57,759 bases of DNA, from the IMG/VR virus record IMGVR_UViG_3300048930_001334, positions 1 through 57,759 of that record; one strand, given 5' to 3'. Positions 1 through 10,952 of the stretch are shown here, piece after piece. A program made the translations under genes and the position numbers. This DNA comes from a virus. Taxonomy: Duplodnaviria > Caudoviricetes. Below the pieces are notes generated by a model that ran no database searches, was not told the origin of the DNA, and saw only the letters and a program-made list of their open reading frames with translations. The first letter of the stretch is position 1. Every line of letters begins with the position of its first letter.

Positions 1-3000
1 TCACTCCACCACCTCCCGCACCTGGGAGCGCAGTTCCTTGGGCGTGCTGCGCACCAGCCGGTCGGCGCGGTCGCGGCGCATCTCCGTGACCCGGCGGCGC
101 ACGGACTGCCCGTTGAGCACGATCTGGGCCTCGGGGTTCTTGCGGTTCCAGTCTGCCAGCCGGTCGCGCGCTGCCTGGATCTTGGCCTTGTCGTTCTCGA
201 ACTGGCCAAGCGCCATCTGCTCAGTGATCTCGCTCTTGACCTTGCTGAACAGCGCGCGCTTCTCGAAGGCGGTGCCTGCCGCGCGGGACTCGGCCGCAAC
301 GCCGGCCGGCTGCAGGCCGATGCCCTTCATCGCGGCGTCCAGCGGGCTGACATCCATCACCTTGCGCCCGCGGGTGTCGGTGTAGATGCCGCGGTCGTAC
401 ATCTCGATGGCCTTGGCCGCGTTGCGCAGCGCCACCGGCGCCACCTGTCCCTTGAGCGCATCGCGCACGAACCCACCGGCCACGCCGAACACCTCCAGCA
501 CCTGCTCTTCCTTGCGGGTTTCGCTGGGCTTGAGAACACCGGTCGCCGGCAGAAGGTCGGCCATGCCCAGGCGCTGCGACACGTCGAACGGCAGCAGTCC
601 GGTGCCGCTGGCGCCGTGCTGCAGGAAGTCGGCGAACGGGCGGCCCAGGGTGGCCACCAAGAACCGATCCATCTGCTCCTTGGTGGTGAAGTTGTAGCCC
701 AGGCCCTGCGCCACGGTGTCCAGCAGATCCTCGGCATCCTCGGCGAACGGAAGGCCCTGAGCGCCGGCCAGCAGCACCAGCATTCCCAGGGCCAGCGCGC
801 GCTCCTTGGGTGGCAGGCGTTTGAGGAACTCGACATACTGCACCGTGAAGGTCTTGAAGGTGAACAGGGTCGCTCCGATGGCGCCGCGCGCCCAATTCGG
901 GCGATTTCCCTTATTGAAGACACCTTGGGTTTCGTCCACGGCGTTTTCGGCGAACCCGAACGGGTTGGGCATGCCCTCCTGCTTGGCGGTCTGGTAGGCG
1001 GCGATGAACGCCACGCGCCGGTTGAAAGTCTCTGCCATCTGGAAGAACGAACCCCACAGCGCCAGGCCGGCTCGCACCCGGATGTCGGAACCCATCGTCC
1101 GGCTGGCCTCTGCCTGGAGCTGGAAGACCTCTTGCGGCTTGATGACGCCATCCTCTTCGGCGCGCTTGACCGCGGCGGCCAGGTCGGCGTCCTCGATCTT
1201 GCCCATCGCCAGCCTCATGGCGGCTGTCACCCGGGCGGCACCTTTGCGCGCACCACCGTACTGCGCCAGGTACGGGAAGGTCTGCACCACCGTCTGCGTC
1301 AGGTTGACCAGGGCCGATGCCACCGAACCGCCGATGTAGTTGATGAACAGCAGCGAGCGGGCGGCCTGGGCCTCTTCGGTCGGGTTGTTCACGTACTCGG
1401 CCAGCTTGATCGCCTCGTCCTTCACGTCACCGGCGCGCACGTTCTCGACCCGCTCCTGAATGCGCAGGCTGTGCAGCGCTCGGCTTGCAGCGCGCGAGTT
1501 GGACGTGATGAAGGCCGCCACCACCCGGCCGGCGTCGTCGTCAAACCCGGCCACGCCCTTGCGGCGGATCTGGCGTTTGAGGGCTGACTGTTCGGCCACG
1601 GCGTTCTGCAGCCACTTCTGCATCGCCTCGTCCTTCTCCACGCCCAGCAGCTCGGCAAACAGCATGGCCGTCTCAGGGCTCACGCCCTTGAGCATCTCGA
1701 ACTCCTTGGCCGACTTGACCGACTGCGACACGCTGAACCCCTGCTCGGCAAAGCGGCGCGCTGCCCGGTTGGCGGCGTACTGCGTCTCGTACAGGCCGAA
1801 GAAAGCCCGCTGGCCGTTCTCGTCCAGCACGTCCACCGCGTAGCGGCCAAAGCGCGAGAGCGGTGCGTAGCCGTTGGACTTGAGCTCGCGCACCCGCTCG
1901 GCCTTCTCTTCCATCCGGTCTTTCAGGTCGGTGATCTTCTTGAGTTCACCCGTCGCGGCGGCCACGGCCTCGGCCAGCCCTTCGGCGTAGGTGTCCGCCT
2001 GCATCTCCTTCTTCATGGCGCGGATCTGCTTGCGCAGCTTCTCGGCCTGCTTGTCCATGGCCTTGCCAGCCTCGGCCAGCGCCGCCATGGGCCGGTCAGA
2101 CGCGGCGGCCTTGCGGATGCGCGCCAGCACCATCTCGTGGTCCAACGGGTTGTCTGCCAGCACCTCGGGGTTGGCCGCGGTCAGCATCCGGTGCACGTCG
2201 GCCGCCATCAGGTTGTCCAAGGACTGGTTGATGGCCGCGCGCGCCTGGCGGTAGAGCTTGATCGCCTCGTCGTTCAGGCCGCGGTCCTGCAGTTCCTTGT
2301 CGGTCCAGACGATGCCGGCGTCCTCCACGTTCTGCGCCTCCACCGGCTCGCCGTAGCCGTCGCGGTTGTAACGCAGCGTGCCATCAAACAGCGCGTCACT
2401 GGCCGCCTTCATGTCGGCCTTGCGCTGGCGGTGCCCGGCAATGCCCATCTGCGGCATCACCTTCTTGATGTCGGCCAGCCCGTCGATCTGCGGCAGCAAG
2501 TCCGGCGCCTCGTCTGCGGCAATCGTGGCCATGCGGCTCACGTCCTTCATGAAGTCCTGCACCGCGTAATAGACCTTGCCGAACTCCTTGTTCGTCTTGG
2601 CCTTGTGCAGTTGGGTGCCCACCGTGCTATGCCACCAGCGGTTGAAGCCGCGTTGCGATTTGGTCATGTCGGCCAGCCGGTCCTGAACGCCCTGGGGCAC
2701 ACGCTCGACGTAGGCTTGGCGGATGTCATCGACCACGCTGAAACGGATGTCGGGGTCCTGGTCATCGAATGCGCCGCCGTTGTCCGTCGCCGACTTGATG
2801 CCGGCCTGGTCGAACGTCATCACCTCGATCTCCCCGTCCTCGTACTCCAGCGCTGCGCCGCCGTTCCCATCCTGCTTGAGCACGGTCGTCAGCTTGTCGA
2901 TGCCGTCCTTGGAGAACCGCGCGAATCGCAGCTTCTGCTGAACGGTCATCAGCTTCGGGTTGTTCGGGCGAACAAACACCTCCATCACGGACTTCTCGCC

Positions 3001-6000
3001 ATCGCCGGCCTTGTTCCTTGCGTAGATGTCCGCGATGCTGGAATCCGTCGTGAAGTAGTGGCCGCGGCCCAGCCAGCCGTGGTCCTTCTTGTTCGTGTGG
3101 TCTACGTCGAAGACGGTGAACCGATCCATTGTGCCGTGGAAGAATACTCGCGGCTCGCCCGTTCGAGGGTTGCGGAAAAGGTCGCCTCGTCCATCTTGCC
3201 CTGCTTGCGCGCCAGCAGCGCCGCGTGCATCTTGTCGTCCAGATCCAGCCGCGCCTGCGCCAGCGCCAGCTTCTGCGGGTCCGTCTCCAGCAGCGAATCG
3301 TCCGCCAGCAGTTGCTCGAATGTCAGTTTCCCAGTCATATCCCCACCATTTCTTGAAGCTCGGCGTGCGAACCTGCACCCACTGCTTGTAGGTCAGTTCG
3401 GTGGCGTCTGCGTCCTTGGCCGCGGAATACGCCTCGTATCCGCCAAGACGAGATTCTGTTTCGCGGAACTCGCGCAGCGCATCGCCATTCGTCGCGCCGC
3501 TGTCGGTGTTGCTGGCGGACAACTTCACATCCGCCCCCATCGGGTCAGCCACCGCGCCCACTTCCGCCCCGCTGAACTCGCGCATGGCGCTGGCCACCGC
3601 CTCGCGCGCTGCTGCAATGTCGGTCAGGAACTCGTCGGTTCCGAACGGGCGGTAGCCGGCCACCTTCCCGGCCAGGTCATCCAGCCACTTGGTCACGAAG
3701 TTGACGATGCGCTTGAACAGGCCCGGCTGGTTCTCGCCCATGGCCTGCCAGAAACCGGCGTCCATGAAGTTGTCGCCAACGATGTCGGCCTCCAGTTCCT
3801 CGCGGATGTCCAGGCCCTTGAGGCTGATGCCGGCGGCCTTGTAGGCGTTCACCGTGCGAATGCCGTACTCGGTTTCGTTCTTGATGAGGTCGTCCAGGCG
3901 GCGCGAGAGGTTCGCGTACATGGTCGGCTGGCTCTTGGCCATCTCGTGCAGCAGCTCGTGGCCCAGCACGGCCAGCAGCGGCTTCTGGCTGTCTATGTTC
4001 AGGAAGATCGTGCCGGGGACGTTCTTCGACACAACCCCGTTGAACAGGGGTGTGCCCTTGAACTTTACGAAAACAACTTCGCGTCCAAAGAGTCGTCGTG
4101 CGATAGAGGCAACCGCAGCGGCGGCTTGTCCACGCTTTCCGTCTCCCGGAGCAACTGCGTCCAGCAAATCAAGGTCAGATCCACCTCCTTCGACTCGCTG
4201 GGCGAAGGATTCTGACAGGCGCTTGGCAGCGTCTCGATGGGCTTGCTTGGCTGGTCCATAGTCGGCAGTATCGGCCGGGCCGGTTCCGTCGTCAACCACG
4301 GAGAACTGCAGATCACCGGCCGGCTTGTCGATCACCACCATGCGGGCGTTCACACTGGTGTTCACCGGCAGGCTCGGGTCCATGAAGCTGCCTTCCGGCA
4401 GTTTCTCGCTGGTGCCGTTGACCGAATCCAGCCACTCGCGGAACTCCTGTGCCTTCTTGTCTTGGCCGAAGAACACCCCTTCGCCCATGATCGCCACGAT
4501 CCGGCCGGCCGGCTTGAGCAGGCTGTAGGCGTGCATGACGTGCTCGGCATCGCGACGGTTGCTGAACGGCGGATTCATGATGATGCGGTCGTAGCCGCTC
4601 CACGAACCTCGGTGGCGCACACCAACCAAGTCCTCTCGGTTGTACCACTGTCCACGCCTGTAATCGACCTCAACACCATCAATCAGCGGCTTGAGCACGA
4701 CACGGCTGCTGCCCATGCCGCCAACCCCTTGCATGACGCCCTCCGTGCCGTCCGGCGCCCGGAACACGTCACCATAGGTGAAGAACTTGCGCGGCTCCAT
4801 CGCCAAGAAGTCGTTGGACTCGGCGATGTGGTAGCCCTTCTCCAGCAGCAGGTCGCGGCGGTCGGGTGAAATCTCCACCACGTCAGGCTCCGCACCAGCG
4901 GCGCGGATGCGGTCAGCAATGTGGCCCATGCCGGCGCTCGGCTCCAGCACTGCCATGTCCGGCTTGATGTCGGCGGCATCAACCATCTGGTCGGCAACCT
5001 CGGCAGGCGTCGGGAAGAAGTCAAGCCCGTCAGACTTGCGCCCGACCATGGCCAACTCCATCTCGCGCACCTTGTTGGCCGTCGAACGCTCTTGCAGGCC
5101 GATGAACTCGCGCAGCGCCGAACGGAACTCGGCGGCCGTCTCAATGCCCATGCGGGCAAGTGCCTTGCGGCGGTCGTGCGCGGTCTGGAACTGCCATGGC
5201 ACGGTCAGGCCGTTCTGCTTGCTGCCGCGGCGGCCGATGGCCTCCACCAGCTCGTTTCCGAAGTCCACCGTCAGCGTGATGCGCTTGTCGCCGTCGCCGG
5301 TCCAGATCTTCTGGTTCATGGCCTCGCTCGGGCTCATGATGATCCGGTTCACGCCGCGCTTTTCGGCCAACACAATGGCCTTACCGGTCAGTCCGCTGCG
5401 CCTGATGGCCTGCTCGGCAATGTCCCGGCTGGCGAAGATCGCGGTTCTAACCTCGTCGCCGCGCTTGACGCTGAACGTGGACAGGCGCAGCAGGTTCTCG
5501 GGCTTCTTGGCGAACTCCAAGTAGGCGTCGGTCACATCATCAGCCACCTTCATCAACTGCGCGCCCAGCTTCTTGGTGCCCTCCACCTCCAGCATCTGGC
5601 GGGCCAGGGCGGCAAGGTCGGAGCGGTACGCTGTGAAACTCGGGAACTCGGCGAAGTCGGCCGTCTCGGCGCTCGTCGGCTCGCCGCGGCGCTTCTCTTG
5701 GTCGGCGTAGCTGGGGTACTTGGCGCGCAGCTCGTTGTACTTGGCCGTGTTCACGTAGCCGGCCAGTGCCTCCACCTGGGTCTTGGTACGCACCGCATCC
5801 AGAAACTTGGCCTTGCCGTCCTCGATGGCCTGGGCGATGTTGCGCATGGTGCGTGCCAGGGCACGCTCGGCCGCTGCGGCGCGCTCGGCGTTGGCGGCAA
5901 AGCGGGCGCGGCGGGCCGTGTTGGTCTTGCGCTCGCGGCTCAAGTCCTCTTCGGCGCTGGCCTCGATCTTGTCGGCCATCTCGCGCAGGCGCTCCATGGC

Positions 6001-9000
6001 GCTCTGGCTGCGGTCGTCCTCGAAGGCGTCCCGGCGCTGCTGGACCTGGGCCTGTGCGTCTGTCGTGTCGCCACCGGCCAGCTTCAAGAAGGCCTCGGCG
6101 TTGGCCTTGTCCTTGAACTGGAAGCCCGGAATGGCGCCATTGCCACGGAAAGCGGAGTACCAGCCGCCCAGCCGCTTGGCACTGGCGAGCACGGTCTTGT
6201 AGTCGTCGGTGCTCAGGCGGTCGGCCAGCTTCACCACGAACAGGTCGTAGCCGTCGCGGGTGTGCTTGGTGGCGATGATCTCGCCGCCAGTGGTCTGACC
6301 GGCCGCGCGCACCTCTGTCTTGGCTGCGCGCTTGCGGGCCTCGCGGGCTTCCTTGGTGCTCTCGGCCTCCAGCTCGTCGTACTTGATGCGCTGCTCAGGC
6401 GTGAGCGACAAGAAGGCTTCCTTGCGGTTCTTGCCTTCCAGCATCCGCGCCTTCACCACCGAACGGAAGTCGTCCAGCGTCTGCGGGTTTTCCAGTGCGG
6501 CGGCGCGGGCCTTGTGGTTCTCCAGGGCTTCGGCAATAGCGGCCTTGCGGTCTTCCACGTACTTGGCCAGCTTCGCGTCGTCGGTGGCCTCGACCACATT
6601 GCGCACAGCCGCCTCAAAGGCGCGCTTGCCCATGCCGTAGGACAGGGTTTCGCCCAGCACGTACTCGCCCACCAGACCGCGGTACACCGCATCCACCACC
6701 TCGGGCTTTGCCTCGTTGGCGTAGCGCTGGCGATACCAGCCGCCCAACTCGTCCAGCAGTTGCGCCTTGGTCATGGCTCCCAACTCGGCCAGCACGGCGG
6801 CCTTGTTGTTCACCATGTCCTCGAAGCTGGCCTTGAACTGCTCGGCGGCGGCCTTGCCTTCGCGCACGGCCTGCATCACGTCCTTGTGGCGGTCCACGGC
6901 CGGGGTCTTGCTGGCGGGCTTGGCCGGCTCCTGTGCCGCATCCTGGGCAGACTCGGCCCTGATGGCGTCCACCAGCTCGCGAATCTTCTCCTTGCCCTGT
7001 CGCATGCCTTCAATGCCGCGCTTGCCGAAAATCTCGGTCGCCAGATTCAGCTTGTCGTTGGTCAGCGCTGCCCCGTCCTTGGCCTTGATGGTCAGTGTCA
7101 GCGGGTAGCCTTCCTTGTCGTTGTTGATCTTGGTGACGACCACGCCGGCAATTTCCACCGGCTCGCCGCCGTTCTTGGCGGCCAGGATCTTGCGCATCAG
7201 GTCCATTTCGGAGCGCTGGCGCTTCGCCTGCTTTTCCTCTTGCGCTGCGGCTTTGTCGGCCTGCTCTTGTGCAATCTCGTCTGGCGTGCGGGCGTCCAGC
7301 ACTGCCTGCTTGACCTTCGGCGCGGCGGCCTTCTCCCATTCGGAGAATCGGACAAGGGCCTTGTCCAGTGCGTTGTTTCGGCTATCGGCTTGCTTGGTGT
7401 TCAGCTTGGCGCGGCCAGCCACGAAACCGCTGTAGGCGCCTGCACGAACGCGGGCCAGCGAGCGGGTTTGCGCAAGGTACTCGGTCTTGTACTGCTGGAT
7501 AGCTTCATCCAGTGCAGCCTGCTGCGCGCCGCTCTTGGCCAGTGCCTTGGCGTCGTCGTACAGCTCCTGAACGCGCTCGACAAACGCATCACGGTCAGAT
7601 CGCGCCCGGCTGGCACCGCTGTGGCTGATGCCGGAATAAGAACCGGAAACCTCCTGCAGCGGGAACTCGGACGGTACGGCAATCTTGCCGGCCGCCTTGG
7701 CTTCGTCGTCTGCCTTGGCTTCGTTCCAGCCCTGCAGCCAGCTTTCTGCCTGGTACACCGGAACCGAACTCACTCCTGCCTGCCGCTCTACGCCTACTGC
7801 GAAGTCGTCGCGGCCCTTTTGTGCCATTTCGTCGCGCGTCATGTCTGCCACCGGCTTGCCAACCGTCAAGGCATTCTTGACAGTTGCGGCGCGGTCGTCT
7901 GCGGCTGGTGCCTGCGCGGCTTTGAGAACAGCCGTCAGCGTTCCTTTCTCGCCAGCGTTGAACGAACCCCATGCACGTGCCTTGTACCGCTCGCCCATGT
8001 CGGTTTGTCCGGCGCCGGCCCACTTGTCCAGCATGGCGGAGCGTGCGGCTGGCGTCATGCCATCCCATGCGGCTTGTGCGTTGAACTCTGCCGCCTGCTC
8101 TTGTGCTTGCGGTTGCTTTGCGTAGGCTTCGCTGGCCTGCTCCTGCTGCGGTTCAGGCTGCTGCGGTGATGCCGGATCTTCCTTGTCTTGTGGTTCAGGC
8201 TGGGCATCTGCCTTGGCCTTTCGCTTTCCAATGAAGCCCGTGCCTCTCGGCGCCTGCACAGCCTCGTGCGATTCGGACAGCCCGCGCTTGTTCAGTTCGC
8301 GCTGTGCCGCAATCTTGGTGGCGAACAACTCGCCGCCCTTGCGGGTAATGATGTCGAACAGCGGATTGCTGGCGTTCTCTTTGTTGGACTTCGCCAGTTT
8401 CTCGCCGGTCGGGTCCAGATTTTCACGGTGCACCGTGCCGCCCTTGCGCTTGCCATCAGCGGTGTAGATCGGCAGTTGCGTACGCTGGCCGTCAAGGTCT
8501 GATTGCCTGACGTGGACGGTCGATCCATCCGCCAGCTTGACCTTCACCGGGTCTGCATCTGCTGCCACCTGTTCACTTTTCCCCGTTTCCTGTGCAGGTT
8601 CGGCGGGTTTCTCAAGCGCAGGCCGCGCGACTTCCTCCGCTTCGCCCATCGGTTGGGTCAGGTCAACATCCGGCGCCTCGGCGATCAGAACATCCGGCTG
8701 GCCTGGCTGGTCTTTGGAAGACCATGCGCGCCCGTTGTAGCTCACGCGGGCGACAAACTGGCCGGCGGCATCAGTGATCTGGACCCCGTTTCCGACCTCG
8801 GACACACCGGCCCCAGCGGTTTCTCTGAACCGAATCCACTTCTCCTGTGCCTCGCTGATGGACTTGACCGGGTAGCTCTTGCCGCCGAAGGAGACGATCA
8901 GCCCATCGGGGACCACCTGGCCGGCGTCTCGCGTTGCGGGAACTCCAGCGGCTGCGGCGCCATCGCCTCGCGCTGCTTCTGGCGCTTGAGCTGGCGCGGC

Positions 9001-10944
9001 TTCGGTTTCGGCTCGGGCGGGTTGTTGCGGTGCGTCTTTGACATCCGTTTTCTCGCTCAGTGCGCCCAAGCGCTCCTGTTCATTGCTTCCAAGTACAGCA
9101 GGCGTGCCGTCGCCAGTTCCTTCTGATGCTGCGGTGTCAACGGCTTGACCGGCTTCGGCGGCGGCGTCTTGGGCTTGGGTGTTCGCAAGGGTGCTCTCCT
9201 GCGGTCGGATGACGAAACCACCGGGCACCTTGACCACGCTGCCGGGGCTCTTCTTGCTGGCGATCTCGGCGGCCTTGAAGGTCTTGAACGGGTCGCCGGT
9301 TGGGCCGTAGATGTCGCCGTGCTGCGCCAGTTGCTCGGGCTGCTCGGCTGGCTTCTGTGCGGCGGGCGGCTGCGCGGCCTGATCGGGCTTGGCAAATGGG
9401 TCGGCCGGCGCTGCCAGCGGGTCAGGCATGGCCTCGCGCTTGCGGCGGGCGATCTCGGCGCTGACTTGCTTGCGGATGCCGGCGTCCTGGGCGTTGCGCT
9501 GGAAGGTGCGCAACTCGTCGTCGCTCATGTCGGCCAGCGTGCGGAGCGGCGCGGGTTCTGCGGCCGGCTCGGCGGCTACCGGTGCGGCTGGCTCCGGCGT
9601 CGGCTCCACCGGCGGGGCAGGCTCGCGCGCCATGAAGTCCTGCATGGCGCCTGTGGATTGCAGGATCTCGTCGTCCGGCGTCTGCACGGCTCGGCTGGCG
9701 GCCATTTCCGCCTCGCGGGCGGAGCGCACCTGGGCTTCCTGTGCGTCCAGAATGGCGCGACCATCGGGCGGCGTGGTCTGCGGCACCATCGGCTCGCCCA
9801 TCTCCTGCTCGGCCAGTGCGCGGGCGCGGGTTTCGGCTTCACGGGCGGCCTGCTCCGTCTGCGCGTTCACCGCCCGGGTCATCGGGCCGGACTCGGGCAG
9901 TTTCGTGGCGCGCACCATGTCGCCGGCTTCCTTGGCCGGGTCGCGCACGGGCGCGGTGCGAACCTCGGGGTTCGGGATGCCCATGAGGCCACCAGTCACA
10001 CCGCCGGCCAGTCCCTCCATGGTCGCCCCGGCCACCACCCCGGCCATGGGGTCCACGTCGAAACCTTCGTTGCGCAGCGCCAGGTTCCCGGCCAGCTTCT
10101 CCTGTCCGCCCTGGGCGATCTCGGGGATGGCTTCGGTTGCAGCACCCAGACCGACACGGGCCAGCATGCCCGGGGCCGCGGTGGTCACGCCGTTGCGCAG
10201 CCCGGAAAGCGCATGCTCCATGCCAGTCGAACCAGCGGCAGCACCCAGCACACCACCGAGCGCGATCTGCCCGGCGTTCTGGCCGTTGTACGCCTGAGCG
10301 GCCTCGGCGCGGGCCTTGGTCTGCTCGGGCGTTTCACCGGGCAGCGGCTTGGCCAGCACCTCGTCGTAGATCACGCCCTTGATGTTGCCGGCGCCCTGTG
10401 CGGCACCAACACCAGCGGCGGCAGCCATGCGCGCAGCCATGGCACCCTGACCGACACCGGGAATCAGTGCGGTGGCCAGCGTCGGGACCGACGTGCCGAT
10501 GGCCTGGGCGATCATCGCGGCCGGCGCCTGCCCGAAGGCGCGGATGCCGGCCACCACCTGCTCGCCGAAACCTTTGTTCTCGGCCTCCTTCATGATCTCG
10601 CTGATGCGCTGCTGGTCCGCCTTGGCGGCGGCGCTCTGCAGCTCGCGCAGCGCATCCTCTGCCGACCGAAGGCCCGTCGATGCCGCGTTGTTGGCACCGA
10701 ACAGGTCGGTCATCATCCGCACGCCGGACACCACGCCGCCAGCGGTTTGTAGGCCAAGGTCGCCGGCCGCGCGGATCATGGAGCGCTCGGGCGCCGGTGG
10801 CGGCGGGGCCTTGTAGCCCAGCCGGTCGGCCAGCACCGCCTTGTCCATGTCGGGGTAGTAAACCTGATGGATGACGTTCAGGGCGGATTCGTCACTGAGG
10901 CCAGCCAGTTCGGGCAGGCGCTTGCGGGCTTCGTTGAGGTCCAT
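1..10944 (-). CDS. Giant polyvalent internal virion/ejection protein (amino-methyltransferase, HExxH zincin-like, ADP-ribosyltransferase-like and PLxRFG regions)
   Basis: 3647 aa. Motifs: FFPTP...VLEPSAGMG...IMNPPF (~4320-5030); LGHELLHE (~3940-3965); VFFHGT...GRGHYFT...IYA...EIEV (~2740-3150); PLSRFG (~1845-1863). Last gene of the ejection operon. Confidence 0.85.
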   Translation of the reverse strand: MDLNEARKRLPELAGLSDESALNVIHQVYYPDMDKAVLADRLGYKAPPPPAPERSMIRAAGDLGLQTAGGVVSGVRMMTDLFGANNAASTGLRSAEDALRELQSAAAKADQQRISEIMKEAENKGFGEQVVAGIRAFGQAPAAMIAQAIGTSVPTLATALIPGVGQGAMAARMAAAAGVGAAQGAGNIKGVIYDEVLAKPLPGETPEQTKARAEAAQAYNGQNAGQIALGGVLGAAAGSTGMEHALSGLRNGVTTAAPGMLARVGLGAATEAIPEIAQGGQEKLAGNLALRNEGFDVDPMAGVVAGATMEGLAGGVTGGLMGIPNPEVRTAPVRDPAKEAGDMVRATKLPESGPMTRAVNAQTEQAAREAETRARALAEQEMGEPMVPQTTPPDGRAILDAQEAQVRSAREAEMAASRAVQTPDDEILQSTGAMQDFMAREPAPPVEPTPEPAAPVAAEPAAEPAPLRTLADMSDDELRTFQRNAQDAGIRKQVSAEIARRKREAMPDPLAAPADPFAKPDQAAQPPAAQKPAEQPEQLAQHGDIYGPTGDPFKTFKAAEIASKKSPGSVVKVPGGFVIRPQESTLANTQAQDAAAEAGQAVDTAASEGTGDGTPAVLGSNEQERLGALSEKTDVKDAPQQPARAETEAAPAQAPEAARGDGAAAAGVPATRDAGQVVPDGLIVSFGGKSYPVKSISEAQEKWIRFRETAGAGVSEVGNGVQITDAAGQFVARVSYNGRAWSSKDQPGQPDVLIAEAPDVDLTQPMGEAEEVARPALEKPAEPAQETGKSEQVAADADPVKVKLADGSTVHVRQSDLDGQRTQLPIYTADGKRKGGTVHRENLDPTGEKLAKSNKENASNPLFDIITRKGGELFATKIAAQRELNKRGLSESHEAVQAPRGTGFIGKRKAKADAQPEPQDKEDPASPQQPEPQQEQASEAYAKQPQAQEQAAEFNAQAAWDGMTPAARSAMLDKWAGAGQTDMGERYKARAWGSFNAGEKGTLTAVLKAAQAPAADDRAATVKNALTVGKPVADMTRDEMAQKGRDDFAVGVERQAGVSSVPVYQAESWLQGWNEAKADDEAKAAGKIAVPSEFPLQEVSGSYSGISHSGASRARSDRDAFVERVQELYDDAKALAKSGAQQAALDEAIQQYKTEYLAQTRSLARVRAGAYSGFVAGRAKLNTKQADSRNNALDKALVRFSEWEKAAAPKVKQAVLDARTPDEIAQEQADKAAAQEEKQAKRQRSEMDLMRKILAAKNGGEPVEIAGVVVTKINNDKEGYPLTLTIKAKDGAALTNDKLNLATEIFGKRGIEGMRQGKEKIRELVDAIRAESAQDAAQEPAKPASKTPAVDRHKDVMQAVREGKAAAEQFKASFEDMVNNKAAVLAELGAMTKAQLLDELGGWYRQRYANEAKPEVVDAVYRGLVGEYVLGETLSYGMGKRAFEAAVRNVVEATDDAKLAKYVEDRKAAIAEALENHKARAAALENPQTLDDFRSVVKARMLEGKNRKEAFLSLTPEQRIKYDELEAESTKEAREARKRAAKTEVRAAGQTTGGEIIATKHTRDGYDLFVVKLADRLSTDDYKTVLASAKRLGGWYSAFRGNGAIPGFQFKDKANAEAFLKLAGGDTTDAQAQVQQRRDAFEDDRSQSAMERLREMADKIEASAEEDLSRERKTNTARRARFAANAERAAAAERALARTMRNIAQAIEDGKAKFLDAVRTKTQVEALAGYVNTAKYNELRAKYPSYADQEKRRGEPTSAETADFAEFPSFTAYRSDLAALARQMLEVEGTKKLGAQLMKVADDVTDAYLEFAKKPENLLRLSTFSVKRGDEVRTAIFASRDIAEQAIRRSGLTGKAIVLAEKRGVNRIIMSPSEAMNQKIWTGDGDKRITLTVDFGNELVEAIGRRGSKQNGLTVPWQFQTAHDRRKALARMGIETAAEFRSALREFIGLQERSTANKVREMELAMVGRKSDGLDFFPTPAEVADQMVDAADIKPDMAVLEPSAGMGHIADRIRAAGAEPDVVEISPDRRDLLLEKGYHIAESNDFLAMEPRKFFTYGDVFRAPDGTEGVMQGVGGMGSSRVVLKPLIDGVEVDYRRGQWYNREDLVGVRHRGSWSGYDRIIMNPPFSNRRDAEHVMHAYSLLKPAGRIVAIMGEGVFFGQDKKAQEFREWLDSVNGTSEKLPEGSFMDPSLPVNTSVNARMVVIDKPAGDLQFSVVDDGTGPADTADYGPAKQAHRDAAKRLSESFAQRVEGGGSDLDLLDAVAPGDGKRGQAAAAVASIARRLFGREVVFVKFKGTPLFNGVVSKNVPGTIFLNIDSQKPLLAVLGHELLHEMAKSQPTMYANLSRRLDDLIKNETEYGIRTVNAYKAAGISLKGLDIREELEADIVGDNFMDAGFWQAMGENQPGLFKRIVNFVTKWLDDLAGKVAGYRPFGTDEFLTDIAAAREAVASAMREFSGAEVGAVADPMGADVKLSASNTDSGATNGDALREFRETESRLGGYEAYSAAKDADATELTYKQWVQVRTPSFKKWWGYDWETDIRATAGGRFAAGDGPAEAGAGAGAAGSGRQDARGAAGAQAGQDGRGDLFRNPRTGEPRVFFHGTMDRFTVFDVDHTNKKDHGWLGRGHYFTTDSSIADIYARNKAGDGEKSVMEVFVRPNNPKLMTVQQKLRFARFSKDGIDKLTTVLKQDGNGGAALEYEDGEIEVMTFDQAGIKSATDNGGAFDDQDPDIRFSVVDDIRQAYVERVPQGVQDRLADMTKSQRGFNRWWHSTVGTQLHKAKTNKEFGKVYYAVQDFMKDVSRMATIAADEAPDLLPQIDGLADIKKVMPQMGIAGHRQRKADMKAASDALFDGTLRYNRDGYGEPVEAQNVEDAGIVWTDKELQDRGLNDEAIKLYRQARAAINQSLDNLMAADVHRMLTAANPEVLADNPLDHEMVLARIRKAAASDRPMAALAEAGKAMDKQAEKLRKQIRAMKKEMQADTYAEGLAEAVAAATGELKKITDLKDRMEEKAERVRELKSNGYAPLSRFGRYAVDVLDENGQRAFFGLYETQYAANRAARRFAEQGFSVSQSVKSAKEFEMLKGVSPETAMLFAELLGVEKDEAMQKWLQNAVAEQSALKRQIRRKGVAGFDDDAGRVVAAFITSNSRAASRALHSLRIQERVENVRAGDVKDEAIKLAEYVNNPTEEAQAARSLLFINYIGGSVASALVNLTQTVVQTFPYLAQYGGARKGAARVTAAMRLAMGKIEDADLAAAVKRAEEDGVIKPQEVFQLQAEASRTMGSDIRVRAGLALWGSFFQMAETFNRRVAFIAAYQTAKQEGMPNPFGFAENAVDETQGVFNKGNRPNWARGAIGATLFTFKTFTVQYVEFLKRLPPKERALALGMLVLLAGAQGLPFAEDAEDLLDTVAQGLGYNFTTKEQMDRFLVATLGRPFADFLQHGASGTGLLPFDVSQRLGMADLLPATGVLKPSETRKEEQVLEVFGVAGGFVRDALKGQVAPVALRNAAKAIEMYDRGIYTDTRGRKVMDVSPLDAAMKGIGLQPAGVAAESRAAGTAFEKRALFSKVKSEITEQMALGQFENDKAKIQAARDRLADWNRKNPEAQIVLNGQSVRRRVTEMRRDRADRLVRSTPKELRSQVREVVE

Positions 10945-10952
10945 GTCGGTGT

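Noticed and set aside
964-970. GTTGGGC (also near 46833) as the partner core of attC-like site 1
   Set aside because: Isolated 7-mers inside genes without attC arms; expected by chance.
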